This document shows, piece by piece, positions 37,545 through 43,139 of a stretch of DNA of 64,000 nucleotides. The translations under genes and the position numbers were made by a program. The first letter of the stretch is position 1, and each line of letters opens with the position of its first letter. The stretch spans positions 62,001 to 126,000 of IMG/VR virus record IMGVR_UViG_3300032236_001850; one strand, 5' to 3'. The notes under the pieces are model-generated. The model did no database searches. It was not told the origin of the DNA and was given only the letters and a program-made list of their open reading frames with translations.

Positions 37545-37613
37545 ATGGGAAAAGCAATAATAGGAATAATAGGAATAGCAGCAACTGTAATAGTGATGAT
37601 GCTAACCAAGTAA
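37545..37613 (+). CDS. 22 aa hydrophobic peptide (not in ORF track)
   Basis: MGKAIIGIIGIAATVIVMMLTK; A-rich leader. Confidence 0.45.
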   Translation: MGKAIIGIIGIAATVIVMMLTK

Positions 37614-37622
37614 ATTAAAAAA

Positions 37623-37699
37623 GGTCCTTAAACTTAATTGGCATGGCGCCAAACTGGCTTCTAAACCCAGCGTCTCCGGTTCGAGTCCGGTAGGGATCA
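37623..37699 (+). tRNA. tRNA, anticodon most consistent with CUA (amber suppressor); alternative reading is degenerate tRNA-Arg(UCU)
   Basis: Acceptor GGTCCTT/AGGGATC+A, T arm CCGG TTCGAGT CCGG, anticodon arm CTGGC TTCTAAA CCCAG (4 WC pairs + C.C); atypical D arm; no encoded CCA. Confidence 0.6.
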
Positions 37700-37713
37700 C
37701 AAAAAACAAAGTC

Positions 37714-38046
37714 ATGAGAGAATTAACATGGACAACATATTACGGTGAGGTCAAAAGATTTTCAGAGATTGATCATCAACATCTATCAAACATTCTTTGG
37801 TTCAGAGAGATTCTAACAGGTGCAAATCTTTGTAACTGCGAAGTTCAAAGAGCATTAAATTCAGAATTGAAGAGATTTGGTGGTAAGCGATTACCTTGGA
37901 AACCATTACCAATTCCACAGGAAATAGAATGGATAAGAGGAGCTGCTTATATAAACCAAAAAGGTGAGATAATAGGAACAATGAAAACACCATCACATTA
38001 TGGTAAAGTTATTGGATCCGTTGCTCATATAGAAAAACTCAACTAG
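37714..38046 (+). CDS. hypothetical protein
   Basis: 110 aa ORF inside RNA cluster. Confidence 0.75.
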   Translation: MRELTWTTYYGEVKRFSEIDHQHLSNILWFREILTGANLCNCEVQRALNSELKRFGGKRLPWKPLPIPQEIEWIRGAAYINQKGEIIGTMKTPSHYGKVIGSVAHIEKLN

Positions 38047-38117
38047 CGGAGAGTAGGGGTAACCCAAAAATAGCTAAGCTGTGTTAAGCGACAGAACTGA
38101 TAATCTGTTAGAAGCTA

Positions 38118-38277
38118 GGTTGGATGGCGGAAAGCTTATAATGTGAGAAATCATGTTATAACGTGGCAGACGCTAGATTAGAGAAAGGACGCGATCGGGG
38201 TTGGAATACCGATAATGGCGAAAATGGAAGAACCAACGCTTTAATTACCATTGTGGGTTCGAATCCCACTTCAACCA
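38118..38277 (+). ncRNA. tRNA-shelled RNA A (160 nt) with D-loop and anticodon-arm insertions
   Basis: GGTTGGA/TTCAACC+A acceptor, GTGGG TTCGAAT CCCAC T arm, Leu-type GCGGAA...TGGCAGACGC D arm split by a GAAA hairpin. Confidence 0.75.
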
Positions 38278-38291
38278 CAAATCAACGATGT

Positions 38292-38368
38292 TAACTACCT
38301 GTGGTATCTACGGGGGCTAGGGAGAAACCTAGAAACTTACTTCGGTAAGTTAAGGAGCAAATGAGTTA
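38292..38368 (+). ncRNA. candidate multi-hairpin structured RNA
   Basis: TAACT/AGTTA closing stem enclosing CCTGTGG/CTACGGG, CTAGG GAGAAA CCTAG and AACTTAC TTCG GTAAGTT. Confidence 0.5.
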
Positions 38369-38519
38369 CAGTTCGGATTTAAACCTTAAAAAAGCTACTG
38401 CTTTAATGATATGTAGATTCAGAATAGCTTGTACTATTTAGGTACCTGAACCATTCAAAGAAGTTTTAGCAGATGATGATATTTTTTAGCTGCGGCGGAA
38501 ATTTTTTGATTCATCAAAC

Positions 38520-38611
38520 AGCCAGGTAGGCACAAGGTCGGTTCGAGTCCGATGGAAGGTCATGGATGACGGGTAGCACCCTGCATGGAGGTTCGATTCC
38601 TTCACTGGCTA
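38520..38611 (+). ncRNA. tRNA-like RNA B (92 nt) with two T-arm-like hairpins
   Basis: AGCCAG/CTGGCT+A acceptor, GGAGG TTCGATT CCTTC T arm, extra TCGG TTCGAGT CCGA; no canonical anticodon arm. Confidence 0.6.
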
Positions 38612-38612
38612 C

Positions 38613-38738
38613 AAAAACATAACAGGATTAAGTTCGACCTTGCCGAGATTAAGCCTCGTATCTTATATTTTTATTACGGTCTTTGCCGACCCAGAAATAT
38701 CGGATATCGCTAGCGTGGTAGCGGGATGTTATGTTTTT
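38613..38738 (+). ncRNA. candidate structured RNA closed by a perfect 12-bp stem
   Basis: AAAAACATAACA (38613-24) / TGTTATGTTTTT (38727-38), internal hairpins CGAG/CTCG, GGTC/GACC, CGCTA/TAGCG. Confidence 0.5.
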
Positions 38739-38742
38739 ATTT

Positions 38743-39024
38743 GATCAGATGGCGGAATTGGTAGACGCACCCCAAAAAACAAAGCATCTGAGGGGCGGTT
38801 AAATAAGGAGGACGCAGACTCCGAATAATCCAGAACAGCAAGGACGTAAGATGAAATGACATCTTCAGCCTTGTGTCGGAAGTTGGGAATTAACCCGTGA
38901 TACCAGAATAACCGATGTTCCAAGGTAGGTTATTCTTTAGGTGTGAGATGAAGACCGTTAAGGTTGAGTGACACAAGGGATTGACAGGGTCCAAATCGTA
39001 CAGGTTCGAATCCTGTTCTGATCA
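38743..39024 (+). ncRNA. tRNA-shelled RNA C (282 nt): Leu-type shell with ~215 nt structured insert replacing the anticodon loop
   Basis: Perfect GATCAGA/TCTGATC+A acceptor, canonical GCGGAATTGGTAGACGC D arm, ACAGG TTCGAAT CCTGT T arm. Confidence 0.8.
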
Positions 39025-39038
39025 CAAAAAAATGGAAT

Positions 39039-39185
39039 ATGACATTTGATGAATGGATTTATAAGGTTTGCTTACATATAAGCAACAGGACAAGAAAGGA
39101 GATTACTGATGTTTATTCATCAATTGATCTAACAGATGCAAAGCTAACATTTCTGGACGGGATTAATCCGGAAGAATATAATTGA
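39039..39185 (+). CDS. small hypothetical protein (48 aa, not in ORF track)
   Basis: MTFDEWIYKVCLHISNRTRKEI...EEYN. Confidence 0.5.
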   Translation: MTFDEWIYKVCLHISNRTRKEITDVYSSIDLTDAKLTFLDGINPEEYN

Positions 39186-39442
39186 GTATGATTGAGTACT
39201 ATGTAGGTATTGATCCTAAAGACAGAGAAAAGTTTGATTCTTATGTTGAATATCTGAATAATGATCAGCAATGCGACCCTAAATGTAAAATAGAGGTTCT
39301 GCATGAATTTGATGATCCTGACGGATACTATACATTTATGATTCAGGGTCATTGGGATTCATACACTAAATTTTTAGGAGAAACCGGATACGGTAGAGAA
39401 ACGGATGGATTTGTTAAATCAATCAATCACTACGAGGAATAG
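39182..39442 (+). CDS. hypothetical protein
   Basis: 86 aa ORF ending in TAG, in frame with next gene. Confidence 0.7.
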   Translation: MSMIEYYVGIDPKDREKFDSYVEYLNNDQQCDPKCKIEVLHEFDDPDGYYTFMIQGHWDSYTKFLGETGYGRETDGFVKSINHYEE

Positions 39443-39445
39443 ATT

Positions 39446-39772
39446 ATGAACGTTGACTTATTTAGACACTGGATTCCAGATCTAAGACTAACTCGGAATA
39501 AGAGTGCTTATGTTGCAAAACAGTGTCCAGTTTGTCCGCGTACACCGCATAGTAAATCATTTAGAATAAACACCAAACTTAAAGTTTGGAAATGTTATCA
39601 GTGTGGCAGAAGTGGTAAATCATTTAACAAAATGATACATTACTTAAAGAAGAGAGACACTAAAAGAAAGGAGTTACAATATTTGAAGAAAATAGGTCGT
39701 CGTCCAAAGTGTGTTCCTATTGACGTTCATTACGGGTGTGAAACGTACTATGAATCTACGTTACCGTTTTGA
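39446..39772 (+). CDS. stand-alone primase-type zinc finger (CHC2-like) protein
   Basis: CPVCP...SFRIN...VWKCYQCGRSG resembles the DnaG Zn-binding domain; no TOPRIM domain. Confidence 0.6.
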   Translation: MNVDLFRHWIPDLRLTRNKSAYVAKQCPVCPRTPHSKSFRINTKLKVWKCYQCGRSGKSFNKMIHYLKKRDTKRKELQYLKKIGRRPKCVPIDVHYGCETYYESTLPF

Positions 39773-39778
39773 CATACA

Positions 39779-39816
39779 GCCCGTGAGGACGTAAAGGCGA
39801 ATAAGCGGGCTTTTTA
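39779..39816 (+). terminator. hairpin with large loop plus T tract
   Basis: AGCCCG ... CGGGCT TTTT. Confidence 0.55.
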
Positions 39817-39851
39817 AAATTTTTACAAAAAGTGAAACAAAAAAGAAAATT

Positions 39852-39861
39852 GAATATATAA
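39852..39861 (+). promoter_or_regulatory. putative late promoter (GAATATATAA)
   Basis: Same RATATATA motif found before structural genes; 18 nt before ATG 39880. Confidence 0.55.
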
Positions 39862-39879
39862 TAATAAATTAAGAACACA

Positions 39880-40233
39880 ATGACTTAGATTAACAAATTT
39901 CAAGAAACAAAACTGGTAGTAATCACCAGAGCTGATATTCATCCAGGGTATCAAATTGTCCAGAGCACACATTCGCTCGCAGATTTTGCACACGAACATC
40001 CTACAAAGTTCAAAGAATGGAAAGAGACAACAAATTCTATAATTTGTCTCTCCGCAAAATCAGAATCTCATTTAATTAAACTTTACGAAAAATTAAGACA
40101 CGTCACAGAGGCATCATTATTTTTTGAGCCTGATGTTGACGCATATACTTCTGCGTGCTTTTTTGGCACTCCGCAGGTTAGGAAATCATTGTCCAACCTT
40201 TCGTTATCTCTAAAAAATCTACAAACATCATGA
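39880..40233 (+). CDS. pth2: peptidyl-tRNA hydrolase type 2-like protein with in-frame TAG at codon 3 (not in ORF track)
   Basis: ATG ACT TAG ATT AAC..., then open: KLVVITRADIHPGYQIVQSTHSLADF...EWKETTNSIICL...FEPDVDAYTSAC; no other in-frame ATG or GTG. Confidence 0.75.
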
Positions 40234-40640
40234 AAGGAATTCTAAAAGTTAGAAACATTGACTCTATTAAAAAGCTGAGTCTTAAAAGGGCCATCGGTAA
40301 ACAGAAAGGCCTATGGTTTAGAATGATGAAGATCAGAACCACAATTCTATTTCTTGAAGAGCACAACATGCTCAAAATTCAACAGCTGTGGGATATACTG
40401 GAAGTTTATCTGAATTACCAAATCGAATATTCTAAATTGCAGTATCTGATCTACATTAGAAAAAGAGGCTCCTGGAGTAATTATTCTACACTATCACAGG
40501 AAACTATGGAAGAGTATATTAAAAAGATCGCCGTTAATTCCCATAGAATGACCAGCAATCTTCCATACGAAATCTATTACAAGTACAGGGTATCTATAGG
40601 TGAAATGGAAAGGAAAATAAATGAAAATAAAGGCATTTAA
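40230..40640 (+). CDS. hypothetical protein
   Basis: 136 aa; ATGA overlap with the Pth2-like stop supports translation of the upstream frame. Confidence 0.7.
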   Translation: MKGILKVRNIDSIKKLSLKRAIGKQKGLWFRMMKIRTTILFLEEHNMLKIQQLWDILEVYLNYQIEYSKLQYLIYIRKRGSWSNYSTLSQETMEEYIKKIAVNSHRMTSNLPYEIYYKYRVSIGEMERKINENKGI

Positions 40641-40750
40641 AGGGACAAAGATTAAAAAGCATACATTTATATAAACACACAAAAACAATTAAACAACGAG
40701 CTTTATTTAGGCTCACACGAACAATAAATTAACAAAAATAAATTAAAATT

Positions 40751-41056
40751 ATGAAAACAAAAGAACAAAACAGACAAGATGTAGTGAACTACTTAAGAAC
40801 AACTTCTAAACATGCATTCTTTAGAGGTGAAAAGGGAATCTTCAAAATCGAGGAGATTGAGGAAGGTGTATTTAATGAGATGGTTGGTGGGATCCAATCC
40901 AAGACAAACATCAACATCAATTGGTTTGTTGATAATTACGGTAACGATGCAAAGAACGTTATCAGAAAAAGAATATTCTATGATGGACATGGTTACAAAT
41001 CCATCAAGATGAAGTATTACAACAAATTGAATGAAACAAAAAAGGTGCTTATTTAA
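40751..41056 (+). CDS. hypothetical protein
   Basis: 101 aa ORF. Confidence 0.75.
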   Translation: MKTKEQNRQDVVNYLRTTSKHAFFRGEKGIFKIEEIEEGVFNEMVGGIQSKTNININWFVDNYGNDAKNVIRKRIFYDGHGYKSIKMKYYNKLNETKKVLI

Positions 41057-41065
41057 GCACCTTTT
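41039..41065. terminator. bidirectional terminator
   Basis: AAAAGGTGCTT/AAGCACCTTTT. Confidence 0.8.
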
Positions 41066-41412
41066 CTTATTAGTAATTCTCCCATGACCTCTATGAGACC
41101 AACGAGCTTCTGAAATTCAACCTGTTCCAGTTTTATAGATCCAGCTGTTCCTTTAACTAATGCTTTTACCAAAGCTTCCATCTCATCCTTCATCTCAGCT
41201 GCATCGAATTTACCAGCAGCAGCTTTTTCATAAACCGGAAGTTTAACTCTGAAATGATGGTAGGTTAAAAGCGCATCCCCACCTTTTTCTTTAGCAGCTT
41301 CAGTTATCTTGGTTGCACCAGCTAATCTTGTTTTTGCAAACTCTTCGAAGCTTTCGCCTTTTTTATCTCCTTCGTTTAGAAAATCCGAATATAATTTAAT
41401 GTAGTTGTCCAT
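41053..41412 (-). CDS. hypothetical protein with capsid-targeting-like N-terminus
   Basis: MDNYIKLYSDFLNE. Confidence 0.8.
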   Translation of the reverse strand: MDNYIKLYSDFLNEGDKKGESFEEFAKTRLAGATKITEAAKEKGGDALLTYHHFRVKLPVYEKAAAGKFDAAEMKDEMEALVKALVKGTAGSIKLEQVEFQKLVGLIEVMGELLIRKGA

Positions 41413-42257
41413 TATGATAAATTTCTTTTGTCTGTATTTAACGAACCAAGCTTTCCTTGATTTTTAAGTTTAATGTAACGATCTGTAGCAAATCTAGGTC
41501 TTGCATAAGTCATTATATCTAATCCCTGATTATTTTTAACAATCTCCAATGCTTTCTCTAGTGTTTCAACCATATATCGGCAATCATAAAGAGCATCGTG
41601 TGCACCATTAGGATCAACACCCAATCCTGCGGAAACCTTAGGTAAAGAGGATGTAGGTAACTTACCACTATTAGATCTTCCTATCTTATCCAATATTGCA
41701 GCAGCTTCTGGTTCTGTTTCTGCAAGTTTCTCCAATGTAGGTAAAAGGAAATACCCAAAGAAATCTTTAGTGTCAAATATCTCATGATCCAATCCACCAA
41801 ATTCTTTTCTAACATTTATCATTGGCATATCGAAAGGAGCATTTTGAATAAGTAGAATAACATCACCAAATCCATCTATAAATTCTTTAAGTTCAGTAAG
41901 TACTTCCTGTTCATCGAAGTATTGTCCGCCACTTTCTCCGTATTTATTAAACTTTAGAGCTCCAGATATTCTAGATCCAGGTAATAGTTTTTCTGCTCTT
42001 ATGTTTTGATTGAGTTTTATCTTCTTGTTGTAATCTCCTATCTCTTCAAAAGTCAAAGTATCAAAATCAAACTCATAGGCAACAGCAGCTACTTGAGTTA
42101 ATTGTTCTTGTCTTGGACCTCTAAGTCCAGTTGTTTCGGTATCAAGAGCAATAAAAGTGTATTCCTTTCTTTTTTCTAACCAATCTAATAGTTCTGATTG
42201 CGTTAAATTTTTAATGCTTTCATTTAAAAATTGCGAAAATGTTGATAAATTTTTCAT
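41412..42257 (-). CDS. DEDDh 3'-5' exonuclease (DnaQ-like) with capsid-targeting-like N-terminus
   Basis: IALDTETTGL (ExoI), QNAPFDM (ExoII), HDALYDC (ExoIII); MKNLSTFSQFLNES. Confidence 0.88.
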   Translation of the reverse strand: MKNLSTFSQFLNESIKNLTQSELLDWLEKRKEYTFIALDTETTGLRGPRQEQLTQVAAVAYEFDFDTLTFEEIGDYNKKIKLNQNIRAEKLLPGSRISGALKFNKYGESGGQYFDEQEVLTELKEFIDGFGDVILLIQNAPFDMPMINVRKEFGGLDHEIFDTKDFFGYFLLPTLEKLAETEPEAAAILDKIGRSNSGKLPTSSLPKVSAGLGVDPNGAHDALYDCRYMVETLEKALEIVKNNQGLDIMTYARPRFATDRYIKLKNQGKLGSLNTDKRNLS

Positions 42258-42303
42258 TTATTAATTAATTTTTTTATATATCCGAAAAAAAATCTCAAAA
42301 TAA

Positions 42304-42336
42304 TTTTTTTATATCGAAAACATTTCATATATTTGC
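42304..42336 (+). promoter_or_regulatory. early/host-sigma promoter
   Basis: TTTTTTTATATCGAAAACATTTCATATATTTGC. Confidence 0.8.
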
Positions 42337-42359
42337 TTTGTAATTTAAAATTAATACTT

Positions 42360-43088
42360 ATGGAATTAAAAAGAAATCCTAAAGCTCCTTCTAATAACAG
42401 AAGCTGGTCAACAATGGACGATTCAACATTAATCAAAATGGCAAGAGGTGGTGCTTCGGCTGCAGAGATTGCAAAAATCTTAGGAAGAACTGTTATGGCG
42501 GTAACTACAAGAAAACACAATCTTCATGTTGATGTTCGTTTAACATCATCTAAAGGTAAAGGTGTGGATGCACCAAAATCAGTTTCTGTTAGAAATAGAA
42601 ACAAGAAAAAAGAATTGCCAGTTAGAGTTATTTCAAGAACTGCTGCACCACAACCCGTTAATGTTGTTTCAGCGGGAATCACAAAGGTAACAAAACCAGT
42701 TTGGACTAAAGAGGAAGACGCTAAACTTTTATCTTTGGCTGCTGAGGGTAAATCAGCAAAGGAGATTGGAAAGATTCTAGGAAGAACATCAGTTGCTGTA
42801 ACTGTTAGAAAATACGGATTGAATAAATCTCAAGAGTTAACTAACAAAAAAGCAAACGTAAAAGTTGACAACAAAGCCGACGAGAAAAGATCTGCAATGT
42901 TGGCGAGAATGGAAAAAATGAGAGCTGCTAAGGGTAAAAATAAAAAATTACCAGTAGTGGAAGAAGCTGCTTCGGTTCCAGCTACCAAAATGGAAAAAAT
43001 TGTTTCTTCAGCTGAAAGCGATTTTGATGCTCTTTCAAGAATTGCTAAAAGTACAGGAGCTACAATCACAGTGGTTTTTGGAAAATAG
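42360..43088 (+). CDS. basic DNA-binding protein with two Myb/SANT-like HTH repeats
   Basis: WSTMDD...AEIAKILGRT..AV..RK and WTKEED...KEIGKILGRT..AV..RK; start ATG 42360 lies downstream of the promoter. Confidence 0.75.
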   Translation: MELKRNPKAPSNNRSWSTMDDSTLIKMARGGASAAEIAKILGRTVMAVTTRKHNLHVDVRLTSSKGKGVDAPKSVSVRNRNKKKELPVRVISRTAAPQPVNVVSAGITKVTKPVWTKEEDAKLLSLAAEGKSAKEIGKILGRTSVAVTVRKYGLNKSQELTNKKANVKVDNKADEKRSAMLARMEKMRAAKGKNKKLPVVEEAASVPATKMEKIVSSAESDFDALSRIAKSTGATITVVFGK

Positions 43089-43106
43089 TAAAAAACTAAA
43101 TCAAAC

Positions 43107-43139
43107 AAAAAAGCCTGAGTTTATGCCCAGGCTTTTTTT
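43107..43139. terminator. bidirectional terminator
   Basis: AAAAAAGCCTG/CAGGCTTTTTT. Confidence 0.8.

Noticed and set aside
37623-37699. tRNA-Pyl
   Set aside because: Lacks tRNA-Pyl architecture (6-bp anticodon stem, 3-nt variable loop, single linker base); no pyl genes in the window.
38729-38923. 64 aa minus-strand ORF in the RNA cluster
   Set aside because: Antisense to tRNA-shelled RNA C; no promoter or protein features.
38743-39024. Group I intron in tRNA-Leu, or tmRNA
   Set aside because: No recognisable group I core (P7 R/S-type motifs) in the insert. It has a full D arm and lacks the G3.U70 alanine identity of tmRNA. An atypical intron is not excluded.
39779-39816. Hammerhead-like ribozyme (TGAGGAC...GGCGAA)
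   Set aside because: No CUGAnGA core and stem II does not pair; a terminator explains it.
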